Positions 51,201-61,088 of a DNA stretch of 64,000 nucleotides are shown here, one piece after another. The DNA is taken from the NCBI GenBank assembly GCA_963792965.1, contig CAWBYW010000006.1, positions 18,212-82,211 on the forward strand. The letters are read 5' to 3'. Position 1 is the stretch's first letter, and every line of letters starts with the position of its first letter. The translations under genes and the position numbers were made by a program. This DNA comes from an uncultured delta proteobacterium (GTDB lineage Bacteria > Desulfobacterota > Zymogenia > Zymogenales > Zymogenaceae). Below the pieces are notes generated by a model. That model was not told the origin of the DNA. It did not search any database and saw nothing but the letters and a program-made list of their open reading frames with translations.

Positions 51201-52070
51201 TCACCGGACGCTCGACGTGGGGCCGACATGCTCGACATATCGCTCGACCAGGACTTTACCGCCTCTTTCCTCTTCCGGCATTTTGCCGATGGCCGCGGTG
51301 ACCTCTTTAATACGATCGTCGATCCGAGGATGGGTGGCAAAAAGGAGTTTTACCCCCTCGGCATTCGGCGAGCCCGCCCTCGATCTGAGCATATTCAGGA
51401 ATGTCAGCAGACTGTTCGGGTCGTATCCGGCCTTGGCCACATATCCGAGGGCAAGACGATCCGCCTGATATTCATCGGAGCGGGAGAGCCCTTTGAAGAC
51501 GACGTTTGTCCCAAAGGAGGTGACGGCGTTGAAAATCGCGGGATCGGTGTGCAGGAGGTCGCCGGCGACGTCGTTGCCCACGTTCAAGAATTTCTGTTTC
51601 TCGATCTCCTTGATGATATGCTTTTTCGCAACATGCGATATCTCGTGGGCAAGCACCGAGGCCAGCTCCGCCTCGCTGCCTATCGTCGCAAGGGTCCCCC
51701 GCGTGATAAAGATGTAACCGCCCGGGCAGGAGAATGCGTTGATGATATCCGTATCGAGGACGGCGAAGTGATACGAGAGGTCCGGTCGATCTGATTTTTT
51801 TGCCACGGCCTCCCCGACCGTCGAGATATACCGAGTCAGCTGCCGGTCCCTGACGATGCCGTACCTCCCTGCGATGGTGGCCGCGATAGCCCTGCCGATC
51901 TCGATCTCCTCCTGTTCCCCGATCGGGGTGACCGCGCTTCCGATAATCCTGACGGAGCCGACAAGGTCGTCGATGCCCGGCGGAGAAGGCACCGGTAACC
52001 CGAGGGTCACACACCCCACGCCGGCCATCAGGACGATGGATAATAGGGCTGCCCGGATCAGTCTCGTCAC
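51201..52070 (-). CDS. M48-family metalloprotease lipoprotein
   Basis: Lipobox GVGC; NAFSCPGG, HEISH, EYQAD, THP. Confidence 0.92.
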   Translation of the reverse strand: MTRLIRAALLSIVLMAGVGCVTLGLPVPSPPGIDDLVGSVRIIGSAVTPIGEQEEIEIGRAIAATIAGRYGIVRDRQLTRYISTVGEAVAKKSDRPDLSYHFAVLDTDIINAFSCPGGYIFITRGTLATIGSEAELASVLAHEISHVAKKHIIKEIEKQKFLNVGNDVAGDLLHTDPAIFNAVTSFGTNVVFKGLSRSDEYQADRLALGYVAKAGYDPNSLLTFLNMLRSRAGSPNAEGVKLLFATHPRIDDRIKEVTAAIGKMPEEERGGKVLVERYVEHVGPTSSVR

Positions 52071-52609
52071 GGTTTCAACCCCCCGCTCACGATGAAGTCG
52101 TAGAGCTCACCGTCCGATATCACCACCGATTCCATATACTCGACGGCCATGTAGTCCCGCGTGGAGCCGCCCGAGCCGTCTTCGGTGGCGATTCCCCTTC
52201 CCCCCGCCGAGGCCGTGATGGAATCGTCCCGGTTACCGGAAAAGCCGGTCCGTATCGAATCGAGAAAGCTGGGGCCGGATGTAGTATTATGCGACGGTTT
52301 GGCGCCCGCGGTATCCCCGCTTCGGGGACCGCCCGGAAAGCGGGCGGAATCGCCGGGAGACAGGACAACCCGGCTGATCCAGCCGATAACCCCGTTTGGT
52401 TTCCTTACCCTGAACCAATCACCCTCCCACGAGAGGAGATCGAGCGGCTCGTCTTTCGTAACCTTGCAGAGGAGCTTATAGTCCGTTCCCGGCCCATCGA
52501 GCAGATAGGCCTCGGGGAGCCCGATGCGGATCGATTCGGTAGCCCAGGCTGTGGAGAGTGATGCCATGAGAAGCAGACCGAAAACGGCGATCTTTAAAAC
52601 TCTTCCCAT
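52067..52609 (-). CDS. Exported SH3b-domain protein
   Basis: GPGTDY...GDWFRV...GWI; TASAGGRG motif; overlaps the M48 gene start. Confidence 0.8.
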   Translation of the reverse strand: MGRVLKIAVFGLLLMASLSTAWATESIRIGLPEAYLLDGPGTDYKLLCKVTKDEPLDLLSWEGDWFRVRKPNGVIGWISRVVLSPGDSARFPGGPRSGDTAGAKPSHNTTSGPSFLDSIRTGFSGNRDDSITASAGGRGIATEDGSGGSTRDYMAVEYMESVVISDGELYDFIVSGGLKP

Positions 52610-52646
52610 CCCAAAACTCCACCGAGATTATTGATTAATTATAATT

Positions 52647-53558
52647 CTATTCCGGCGATTTATCAAGGTCTTTGTCGCCGATCACAAAACAGAGCCATTC
52701 CCCCCGCCGCCGCACTGATATCTCGTGTGGACCGATCGGCACATGCTCGTGGATAATCTCGCGCATCCGATCTTCCTCCGTATCGAGGATCCCCGAAAGC
52801 ACGAGGCTCCCGCCGGCCGACCTCGACCCCAAAAGCGGAACGATGACCCCTTCGATCTCGGTGGTCGTGAGGTTTGCCACCACGAGGTCGAATGTCCCCA
52901 CGGGACAATCGAACAGCCCCTCCCGAACGGTGACACGATCTTCAAGATGGTTTCGGGCTACGTTTTCGCGCGCGGACTTCACGGCATCCACGTCCGACTC
53001 GACCCCCACGACGTACGCGATGCCCAACAGCGCCCCGGCGATGGCGAGAATCCCCGATCCACATCCGACGTCAAGGAGGCTTGTAACACGTCCGGTCGCA
53101 CAGGTCTCTTCGATTGCCGTAAGGCACAGCCGGGTGGTCTCATGCGACCCGGTGCCGAACGCCGGCCCCGGGAGGATCCGGATGACGATCTCATCTTCAG
53201 ACCCGCCGTACTCCTCCCAGGGCGGGGCGACGGTGATGCGGTCGGTAATTCGTTGCGCCCTGAAGAATCGCTGGTATTCGGTGCGCCACTGCGCGCCGAC
53301 CAGATCATGTACCTCATATCGTAAGACAGCGCCCTCCCCCCAGAGTTCCACAAGTGACTTGAGATAGCGCTGGATCGCGTGGAGTTTAGCATCTGCCCCC
53401 CCATACGGAAGGTAGACGACGACGGGACCCTTTTCCCCTTCCCATTCCCATCCCTCGACGACACCGGCGGGTGATATATCGGCCAGGAAGTCGACCAGCG
53501 CCCCTTTTGCCTCCTCTATCACGTCTATGGTTATCTCGATGAGTGCGGCACCGTCCAT
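52647..53558 (-). CDS. prmA: Ribosomal protein L11 methyltransferase
   Basis: PPWE, PGPAFGTGSHETT, LDVGCGSGILAI, LVLSGIL. Confidence 0.93.
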   Translation of the reverse strand: MDGAALIEITIDVIEEAKGALVDFLADISPAGVVEGWEWEGEKGPVVVYLPYGGADAKLHAIQRYLKSLVELWGEGAVLRYEVHDLVGAQWRTEYQRFFRAQRITDRITVAPPWEEYGGSEDEIVIRILPGPAFGTGSHETTRLCLTAIEETCATGRVTSLLDVGCGSGILAIAGALLGIAYVVGVESDVDAVKSARENVARNHLEDRVTVREGLFDCPVGTFDLVVANLTTTEIEGVIVPLLGSRSAGGSLVLSGILDTEEDRMREIIHEHVPIGPHEISVRRRGEWLCFVIGDKDLDKSPE

Positions 53559-53646
53559 GGGTAAAGCATACCACAAAAGCGGGGGCCCGAAAAAGAAAAA
53601 GACCGACGAGAACGTCTCGTCGGTCTTATGGTGAGGCGGTTGTCTT

Positions 53647-54264
53647 TTACTTCTTGATCGGCCCCACGGGAAGCACCTTCCTGCCCCAGACGGTGTTGAT
53701 GAGACCGGCGGCCGAGGTGTACCAGGCACTGAGCGCCGTGGCGATTCCCACAAACCCTCCGATCATGGCAAAGGCCGGGTTTCCAAAATGGCCGATGTCC
53801 AGCAGGATGAAGGTTAAAAGAAGGAGCGTGAAAACGGTGAAGAGGGCCCTGTTGGTCTTCATGCTCCCCACCCACATGTAGAAGGTGAAGATCGTCCATG
53901 CCGTCAGGAACCAGGCCAGGAGGAGGGTAACGTCCGTATCGGGGATGAGGCCCCTGGTGACGAAGACCGGAATAAGGCCGAGTGATACCCAGAACCCCCC
54001 GTAGGAGATGAACGCCGTAGCGCCGAAGATGTTTCTTGTCCGGTATTCCCAGAGGCCGGCCAGGACCTGCGCCGCCCCGCCGAAGATAAGGGCGGACGTA
54101 AGCCAGACGTGTCCCGCCGCCGCCTTGTCGATGATCCCGGCGTTAACCAGCGAGAGCAGGAAGGTGGTCAGGGCGAAGCAGTTGAGCCCGAGCGGCCCCG
54201 GATCCGCCGGCGAGAGGGTCTCAAAACCGGCGATTTCAACCTTGGTAACGTCGCTTTTAGCCAT
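53647..54264 (-). CDS. satP: Acetate uptake transporter (GPR1/FUN34/YaaH)
   Basis: ADPGPLGLNCFALTT, FGATAFISYGGFW. Confidence 0.92.
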   Translation of the reverse strand: MAKSDVTKVEIAGFETLSPADPGPLGLNCFALTTFLLSLVNAGIIDKAAAGHVWLTSALIFGGAAQVLAGLWEYRTRNIFGATAFISYGGFWVSLGLIPVFVTRGLIPDTDVTLLLAWFLTAWTIFTFYMWVGSMKTNRALFTVFTLLLLTFILLDIGHFGNPAFAMIGGFVGIATALSAWYTSAAGLINTVWGRKVLPVGPIKK

Positions 54265-54361
54265 GAATACAACTCCTTTCTTTGACTATGGTATCGACCA
54301 CGTCGCGTGGCCCGAAGGTAAGAAAAATGTGGAGTTTATTATACGGCTGGGAATAATAGTG

Positions 54362-54838
54362 TCAAGGAGAAAACGAGTAAGGATTAATAGCCTCCATTGG
54401 TCGACGGGATGCCTCATCTATACTTCCGTATAGTCCCGCCGGGCCCGTCCAACCGGACCGCGCGCGTCGTGGGAAGCGCAGGGTAAAAAGGCGGCCTATT
54501 TCTTTTCCCTTCTCCCTCAAAAGTGTGTCCCGCGCGAAGGGCGCCATTGTGAAGAACACCTCGGTCTTTTCGCACGGGAAATCGTCGCAGAAGCCGCAGT
54601 TCTTCACACCGCGTACTATCCCGCAGGCCCTGATCGCGCACTCGTGGCAGTGTGCGCACTTCTTTCCTTCAACAAGACAGCCGTCGCACCAGACGTCGGC
54701 GACGGCCACCCTTACCCCATATTCTTTCGCCCACAGGAGCGCGGTCTCTTCCGCTTTCTTCCCGTCATTTTCTCTGGTGGCGATAAAGGCCGGACAATCG
54801 GTGCAGACCAGGCCGCAGTAGGCGATCATCATATCCAT
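54362..54838 (-). CDS. DUF3795 Cys-rich protein
   Basis: IAYCGLVCTDC...CDGC...CAIRAC...NCGFCDDFPC. Confidence 0.85.
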   Translation of the reverse strand: MDMMIAYCGLVCTDCPAFIATRENDGKKAEETALLWAKEYGVRVAVADVWCDGCLVEGKKCAHCHECAIRACGIVRGVKNCGFCDDFPCEKTEVFFTMAPFARDTLLREKGKEIGRLFTLRFPRRARSGWTGPAGLYGSIDEASRRPMEAINPYSFSP

Positions 54839-54876
54839 GGATGCTCCCGGAAAGGAGGTCTGTTAATTTTCGAGAA

Positions 54877-55947
54877 TTATCTTGCCCCTTTGGCCGCGGC
54901 GACCATGTGATAGCGGCCAATCTGCTCCATCGTCACGATCCCCACAAGCCTCTCGTCCCGCATTACGGGCACCATGGAGAGCCCCTTCTCGGCCATCTTC
55001 TTGTAGAGCTCTACCAGCGGCTCTTTTTCGGTCGTCGTGAGAAACTCCCGCTCGGCGAAGTCTGCCACCCGCTCGTTTTCCTTCTTCTCGTTGATCCCGA
55101 CAATGAGAGCCTCACGCCTGAGTACGCCCAGGAGCTGGCTGCCGAACAGTACCGGGAAGTCGCCCTGCAACGTGTGCAGAAAGAGCTCCGATGCCGAGCC
55201 GAGTGTGTCGTTGGGGGTAAGCGAGCGGAAGTCCTCCAGCATCACCGACTTCACCGGCGCGTCCGACAAAGCGTAGCGCAACGCCCAGATCCGCTCCTCC
55301 CCTTCGGCGCCAAGGTAGATGAATACGGCGATTAGGGCAAGCCAGATGTTGTAGAAGATCCCGACGAAGAACAGGAGGACCGCAAACATCTGGCCCACGA
55401 AAACCGCAATCCTTGTCGCCTTCATATGGTCTATAAAAGCCGCCAGGATCCCTCGCAGCACGCGTCCGCCGTCCATGGGAAAGGCCGGAATCAGGTTGAA
55501 GCCTGCCAAAAAGAGGTTGATCCAGAACAAGGAGACGATCATGTTCCCCTCGTAGAGAGAGGAGGAGGTCGGGGAGCCGAAGGGGACCTTCAACGAATAG
55601 ATGACCACGAAAAGGACGGCTGATATGGCCAGGCTCGAGAGCGGCCCCGCGACGGATATGACGATCTCTTCACGGGGCTTTTCCGGGATCTCATCCATCT
55701 GGGCCATTCCGCCGATGGGAAGCAGCGTGATGTTTCTGACCTTGTGGCCGTAGTGGATCGCAAAGTAGCTGTGGGTGAGCTCATGAAGGATAACGCAGAC
55801 GAAAACAAGGGCCACAAAGACGACCCCGTAGAGGGCATGCGCCGCCGTCTTTCCCAGCACGGCCACGAAGACCAGCAGTAGAAAGAAGGTGATATGAATC
55901 CTGATGGGTATCCCGAAAACCCTACCGATGGAAAATGACCACTTCAT
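54877..55947 (-). CDS. Site-2 protease (M50) with tandem CBS domains
   Basis: HELTH, FNLIPAFPMDGGR, C-terminal CBS pair. Confidence 0.93.
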   Translation of the reverse strand: MKWSFSIGRVFGIPIRIHITFFLLLVFVAVLGKTAAHALYGVVFVALVFVCVILHELTHSYFAIHYGHKVRNITLLPIGGMAQMDEIPEKPREEIVISVAGPLSSLAISAVLFVVIYSLKVPFGSPTSSSLYEGNMIVSLFWINLFLAGFNLIPAFPMDGGRVLRGILAAFIDHMKATRIAVFVGQMFAVLLFFVGIFYNIWLALIAVFIYLGAEGEERIWALRYALSDAPVKSVMLEDFRSLTPNDTLGSASELFLHTLQGDFPVLFGSQLLGVLRREALIVGINEKKENERVADFAEREFLTTTEKEPLVELYKKMAEKGLSMVPVMRDERLVGIVTMEQIGRYHMVAAAKGAR

Positions 55948-56098
55948 GGGTTATCTCCCTAAAAATGCCCATTGAATAGGGGCCGGTGCCCCATCCTCAT
56001 ACGTCCCTGTCTCTCTCTATCTGAAAATTCCTGTGGGTAAACCTCATCTTCACCTTAGGGCGGTACCCAGGGGGACGAGGCCGCACCAAGACACCGCA

Positions 56099-56860
56099 CT
56101 ACATCTCCGGCAGCGACTCGGCATACTCCTTGATCTCCCTGAGGACTCTTTTTACCGCGTCTTTGTCCTGTCCCATCGCCCGGATCACGAGGGTCTTGGC
56201 CCCGTACGTCGGATACGAGCCGATGGAGACGCCGGGGAACTCCTGGCCCAGCTTCGCCAGGAGGTGGGCGATGCGGGCCTCCACCTCCGAGAGGACCAGC
56301 TCTTCAGTAAAGCGCCCGGTCTTCGGCTTGAGGTAGACCCCCTCGATGGCGTCGGTAAAGATCGTCTTGAGCTCTTGCGGCACCCCGGGCAGGACAAAAA
56401 TCCGGGTACGCTCATAGACAAACGTCGATCCGGGGCAAAACCCGGCCTTGTTTTCGAGCACCTCGGCGCCCTCTACCACCGTCGCCATCTTCTTGACCGC
56501 GTCGTTCACTTCCATCTTCGTCTTGATGAAGCCCTTCTCGAAAAGGAAGTCCGAAAGCCTCCCCATGTGTGCCAGCGCCTCGTCGGACACCACGAGGCCC
56601 TTTCCTGCGGCCCGGGAGAGGGCCGCCGTCGTCACGTCGTCCGGCGTCGCCCCCAGTCCTCCGCAGACGAAGAGGAACTCTACGTCGCCCGCAAACCGTG
56701 ATACCCACCCCGCGATCTCGTCCGTCAGATCCGGGAGCACCACAATACACCGCACCTCCTCACCGAGGAGAAACAGCCGCTGCGCCAGCCAGTGCGTATT
56801 CGTGTCCAGGATATGGCCCGAGAGGATCTCGCTGCCGATTGTGAGAATTACCGTTGACAT
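56099..56860 (-). CDS. CinA N-terminal / molybdopterin-binding-domain protein (no NMN deamidase domain)
   Basis: IGSEILSG...DTN, GGLGATPDDVT, LPGVPQE, IGSYP. Confidence 0.88.
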   Translation of the reverse strand: MSTVILTIGSEILSGHILDTNTHWLAQRLFLLGEEVRCIVVLPDLTDEIAGWVSRFAGDVEFLFVCGGLGATPDDVTTAALSRAAGKGLVVSDEALAHMGRLSDFLFEKGFIKTKMEVNDAVKKMATVVEGAEVLENKAGFCPGSTFVYERTRIFVLPGVPQELKTIFTDAIEGVYLKPKTGRFTEELVLSEVEARIAHLLAKLGQEFPGVSIGSYPTYGAKTLVIRAMGQDKDAVKRVLREIKEYAESLPEM

Positions 56861-56866
56861 CAGTTA

Positions 56867-57445
56867 TCATTTTTCCTTTCGTGCAAGCAGCCGCGCCACC
56901 GCCCGCACCATTCCCGCCTCGATGACCGTTCCCTCCCGAAAGACAAGTACACGCATCCCCCCCACGAGCCCCAAGAGCTCGTTGGGATCCAGGTAGTGCG
57001 TGGGGTCCTTTGAAGGCATGAACCTGAAGTTGTCCTTCGTGAACGACTCGAACAGTAAGTATCCCCCCACCTTGAGGCCGTCTATCAGGGCGGGCATAAG
57101 ACGGCGGTCCAGATAGAAGAAATTGAGGATAAGATCGTATAGCCGCGGCCTGATCACGTAGCGGCCCAGGTCGGCAAAAACCAGATTAACCGAGACACGC
57201 TCCTCGCGCATGAACGCTCGGGCCATCTCGAGCCCTTCGCGTGAGTTGTCCACCGCGTCCACCACAAACCCACGCTTGGCCAGATAGACCGCGTTGCGGG
57301 CGGGACCGCAGGCGACATCGAGGGCTCTCCCGGCGGGAAGGTAAGGGACGTGCTCCATGAGGAAGCGAGACGGGCGCTTCCAGGCGTCGGGATTTTCGCG
57401 CCGGTAGCGCTCATCCCACCGGGTATTTAAGAATGGCAGGTCCAC
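56867..57445 (-). CDS. Class I SAM-dependent methyltransferase (TehB-like)
   Basis: RWDERY, ALDVACGPARNAVYLA, LKVGGYL. Confidence 0.85.
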   Translation of the reverse strand: MDLPFLNTRWDERYRRENPDAWKRPSRFLMEHVPYLPAGRALDVACGPARNAVYLAKRGFVVDAVDNSREGLEMARAFMREERVSVNLVFADLGRYVIRPRLYDLILNFFYLDRRLMPALIDGLKVGGYLLFESFTKDNFRFMPSKDPTHYLDPNELLGLVGGMRVLVFREGTVIEAGMVRAVARLLARKEK

Positions 57446-57630
57446 GAATCGTTTCTCCCTTTCGGAGCATGGCTATTACTATAACATATCGGACTCTAAA
57501 CCGAAAATAAAAAAGGATAGAACGGCCGACGGTAGAGACGGCCCGCCGCACAGGGCGAAGGCGGATCTCTCGTCGCGTGATATCTCAGGGACCGATCCAC
57601 GCAGGGGGACGCCGGGAACGTTCGCGACAT

Positions 57631-57668
57631 AAAAAAAATCCCCGCTGCGCTTACCACAGTGGGGTTAT
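57631..57668 (-). terminator. Intrinsic terminator downstream of the paralog array
   Basis: Minus strand CCCCACTGTG-GTAAG-CGCAGCGGGG-ATTTTTTTT. Confidence 0.7.
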
Positions 57669-57926
57669 TAGGACGGATATCTATCGGTAGCTAACTCAAC
57701 TCCGACCCAAGGTTTTGACCGTCCCCTCTTCGTTACGTCGTGTCCGACCGCTTCTTCTCCCTTGTATTATCCGAATACCGGTATCTTCGTCACGCCCCGA
57801 CTCCTCAGGAACAAGGCGGGGCGCGCTCCTCCATCGGCGACCCATCCGTGAGCCCGGACTCGGTTACCGGTACCATCACCCATCGCAAAACCCGGCAAGA
57901 CTCGGTGTACTCAAAGACAGCCTCCT

Positions 57927-58380
57927 TTAATGCAGGTCAAAGCCGCCCATCTCATCGGAGTGATCGGAAAAGTCGACGAGGGCGTAATCTTTGGCCAGGT
58001 ATTTCCCTTCTTCCGTAACGGTAAAGAAGACTGAAATCTCTCCGGGGTATCTACTCCTGATCGTGAACGTCTGCGGTGGCGTCCACGTCCCGTTCGGCGC
58101 GATCCGGTCGATCTTCATTTCCGTATACGGAAGCTCGACGAACCTGGTCCGGCTTGATGTCACCGTCAAGCGTGAGATCCCGCAATTCCTGATCGGTAAC
58201 GTTTGTCACGGAAAAGTATATTTCAGAGACGGTCCCGGCCTGGGCTGATTCCAGATAGTTAAACACCTTCACTTTCACTATCGGTGGATTCGTTGTGCCC
58301 CATGTCCCCGCAGAGGTGCAGGAAGCCATAGCCGCCGCCAACAGCCCTACCAGGAACAAAAGCATTAGTTGTCTTTTCAT
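57927..58380 (-). CDS. Ig-like lipoprotein, paralog 1 of 5 (frameshift near 58165)
   Basis: ORFs 58051..58404 and 57927..58169; lipobox MASC; WGTTNPP, FSVTNVTDQELRDL, IDRIAPNGTWTP, AKDYA. Confidence 0.8.
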
Positions 58381-58417
58381 TGTGCTCACCTCCCGCTCGT
58401 ACATTTCCTACTCTTAT

Positions 58418-58447
58418 ATTATATCATATGCCGTTTCCTTCCGTCAA
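58418..58447 (-). promoter_or_regulatory. Sigma-70 promoter of paralog 1
   Basis: TTGACG-18 bp-TATAAT with extended TG. Confidence 0.6.
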
Positions 58448-58586
58448 TTTTGTCCGGGCCCGTACATGGCACCCGGTCACCGTCGGACGCTCGCCTTCCG
58501 CCCTATTGTATGAACCTCGGGATGCCGTCGATATCAACATCAACGGCATCACGCCGGCTGTCTCCTTTCGTGTGGAGATATCCCCG

Positions 58587-59045
58587 CTAACGCATCATGA
58601 AGAAGTCGTCTCGGTCGTGATCGAACTCGGGGCCAACCTGAATGATCGCGTAGTCCCTGGAAAGGAACTTCCCGTCTTCCGTCAGAGTGAAGAAAATCGT
58701 TATCTCTCCCGAATGCTGGCTCGTGACCACGAAAGGCGTACGGGGCGTCCAGACCGCATTCGGAGCGATCCGATCGATCGTCATCTCCTCAAAGGGGAGA
58801 TCGACGTCGTACGACGGATTGGCCGTCACCGTCAGTGTCAGGTCCCGCAATTCCTGGTCGGTAACGTTGGTCACCGAGAAGTAGATATCGGTACCTATCC
58901 CGACGTCGGTCGTCTCCGTGTAGTCGAACACCTTCAGTCTTGCCACCGGCGGGTTGGTCGTGCCCCAGTTTTCCGTCCAGGCGCACGAGACGAGACCCAG
59001 AGCCAGGAGCCCGGCCAAGGTGAATGTTAGCATATGTCTTTTCAT
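58587..59045 (-). CDS. Ig-like lipoprotein, paralog 2 of 5
   Basis: Lipobox LVSC; same conserved motifs. Confidence 0.85.
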   Translation of the reverse strand: MKRHMLTFTLAGLLALGLVSCAWTENWGTTNPPVARLKVFDYTETTDVGIGTDIYFSVTNVTDQELRDLTLTVTANPSYDVDLPFEEMTIDRIAPNAVWTPRTPFVVTSQHSGEITIFFTLTEDGKFLSRDYAIIQVGPEFDHDRDDFFMMR

Positions 59046-59142
59046 CCCTTTTTCCCTCCCGCAAACACTTTTCTACGCATAGTCGCTTCTCATAAACAAG
59101 GCCACATTTATTATAAAGAATGATATCTCCCCCCATTATATA

Positions 59143-59180
59143 TAAACAGCGCGGGGCCCGTTTTCCAGCGGACCCCGCGC
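59143..59180 (-). terminator. Terminator after paralog 3
   Basis: GCGCGGGG(T/C)CCG arms around a loop, followed by TGTTTAT on the minus strand. Confidence 0.6.
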
Positions 59181-59246
59181 TTTAGGAGGACGCTTCTCTT
59201 CCAGGCTCGAAAGCGTCTCCCTCAACCCACCAAACAGAACTGACTT

Positions 59247-59672
59247 CTATCGGGCGGGGTAAATCCTCAGGATCGCGCCATCCTTGGAGATAACCTTGCC
59301 GTCCTGGGTCAGCGTGAAGGAAACAGACCCTTCCGCGAAATCAGTGGTAATTGAAGGGGCCCTTCCCGTCACCGTAACCGGAGCCGTCGGCGCCCACACA
59401 CCCATAGCGGGTATCGAGGCGATGTCGATTTCCTTGACCGACAGGTCCACCAGCTCGGGCGGATCGGCCGTTATCATGACCTTGAGGTTCTTGAGCTCCT
59501 TATTGGTGTTGTTCGTCACCGAGAAGTTAATTTCCTTGGCGATCCCGACCACCGGGCTCTTGTAGTACTGAAGCACCTTTACCGTCGCTACCGGCTTTTC
59601 CATGGCCGCGTAGGAAACCACGGCAAATACAAAGATCGCTGCCAAGACCAGAAGCAATACGTTTCTTTTCAT
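59247..59672 (-). CDS. Ig-like secreted protein, paralog 3 of 5 (no lipobox)
   Basis: SPI-type signal ending SYA; FSVTNNTNKELKNL, IASIPAMGVWAP, SKDGA. Confidence 0.8.
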   Translation of the reverse strand: MKRNVLLLVLAAIFVFAVVSYAAMEKPVATVKVLQYYKSPVVGIAKEINFSVTNNTNKELKNLKVMITADPPELVDLSVKEIDIASIPAMGVWAPTAPVTVTGRAPSITTDFAEGSVSFTLTQDGKVISKDGAILRIYPAR

Positions 59673-59925
59673 GTTACTGTCCTCCATAAATGATTGTATA
59701 CACACGCGACACAGTTCACCATCCGATATCTTCGTTGTCGGTGAACGAAGCCGCTTCCCGCCGATTCGTCGCCTAATCGATACGTGATATTTCCCGGAGG
59801 GGCTATGGAACAGTCTTTTTATAGATCCGTACGGAACACGTAGTCTGAAGCCCTCTCGAACCGATAGAGCCTCTCCTGTCCTGACGACCTCCTCTCTATC
59901 CGCTATCTATACCAGGTATATTTAT

Positions 59926-59941
59926 TGCAAAGGGCGTGCCA
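59926..59941 (-). promoter_or_regulatory. Sigma-54 (-24/-12) promoter upstream of paralog 3
   Basis: TGGCAC-GCCCT-TTGCA is an exact consensus match, with an AT-rich upstream region. Confidence 0.75.
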
Positions 59942-60290
59942 CTCGGTAGAGGCTCGTGACGATAAATTGTCCAATGATTACGGAAACTTACAGATAGGTA
60001 ACACGTGTGCGTATTGTCTTCATTTCACGCGTGCAATACGTGTGAAAGGACGGCTCCTCTCGCGTAATGGTCGTGTATATCGACTCCTATAAGGCGGGCA
60101 ATAGGATAAAATATCTAATGATCCAGGGTAAATAGGGAAGGTATGTAAATTAGTGATTATTAAGAATAACTCTGCCGCCGTTAGATTTATTGCGCCCCGG
60201 CAATAACCGTGCCGGGTCTATGGTATATCGACACGCAGAGGTAAGGCACTAATCGGCACCTCAGAGGGAAGGCTTGGCCGACGACAGTAG

Positions 60291-60323
60291 ATAAATAAAC
60301 AGGGCGGAGAAATCTCCGCCCTG
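60291..60323 (-). terminator. Terminator after paralog 4
   Basis: CAGGGCGGAGA-TT-TCTCCGCCCTG-TTTATTT on the minus strand. Confidence 0.75.
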
Positions 60324-60435
60324 TCTTGCGACACCGCGAGATCGGACGGCATCGCCGACCCTATCATACGCGGCATTACAGCTAAGATATCCGTATTTCC
60401 GAATCTACCCTCCGGACCGCGCCACCAGAGAAGTG

Positions 60436-60867
60436 TCACTTTCGAAGTACGGGATTAATCTCCACGATCGTGTAGTCCGTCGAGAGGAACTTCCCGTTTT
60501 GCTTCAGCGTAAAGAAGACCGACGCCTCTCCCGAGTAGAGACCCTGGACCATGAAAGGTTCCGCGGGCGTCCATACCCCGTTCGGGGCTATCCGGTCAAT
60601 GGTAATTTGCGTGGACGGCAGCTTGACTTCATCCTGGGCGTCCGCCCCCACGTTCAGTGTCAGCCCTTTCAGCTCCTGACCGGTAAGGTTCGTCACCGTG
60701 ATGTCTATGGGCGTATCCGCCCCGACGTCGGTATAGTTCGTATACTCGGTCACTTCCACTCTCGCTATGGGCGGGTTGGATATACCCCAATGCGCCACCG
60801 AGGCACACGAGCTTACGGCCAACACCATGAGAGCAACAAAGATTAAGAACGTTCCTTGTCTTTTCAT
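60436..60867 (-). CDS. Ig-like lipoprotein, paralog 4 of 5
   Basis: Lipobox VSSC; WGISNPP, ITVTNLTGQELKGL, IDRIAPNGVWTP. Confidence 0.85.
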   Translation of the reverse strand: MKRQGTFLIFVALMVLAVSSCASVAHWGISNPPIARVEVTEYTNYTDVGADTPIDITVTNLTGQELKGLTLNVGADAQDEVKLPSTQITIDRIAPNGVWTPAEPFMVQGLYSGEASVFFTLKQNGKFLSTDYTIVEINPVLRK

Positions 60868-61088
60868 CTTACCTTACCTCCTGTTACTTGTGTGGCATAC
60901 ATAACCCGTTTCCATCAGTCAGGGCAACCGCTTGCCCTCAGTTTATGGTGATCTGCTCCGATCCAACGTGAGCAGGAAAAGACTTTTTATCGCGCCTCCC
61001 GCGGACATATCCGTGAAGCATGACGACTGACTCACCGCCATGCTTCACGAATCTTGGGAAAGACGCGCCCCTCTTACAACCATTCTCC

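Noticed and set aside
57540-57625. GCACAGGGCGAA resembling the start of a c-di-GMP-I riboswitch
   Set aside because: The downstream GAAA loop and GACGCAAAGC elements are missing, and it is on the wrong strand for the neighbouring genes.
57715-58018. Short plus-strand ORFs downstream of paralog 1
   Set aside because: No RBS or motifs; the region looks like a long 3' UTR ending at the 57631-57668 terminator.
4499-58380. Many split genes (ftsZ, ftsA, murC, murG, murD, rsmH, leuC, plsC, speB, V4R, repeat genes) read as pseudogenes or programmed frameshifts
   Set aside because: They are single-base indels, several at homopolymers, in essential genes with otherwise intact motifs. This is best explained by long-read sequencing error; polishing would decide.
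60905-60965. CACCATAAAC...CTGATG upstream of paralog 4 resembling a fluoride riboswitch
   Set aside because: It lacks the 5' GGNGATGG element and the pseudoknot partner; a cmscan would settle it.
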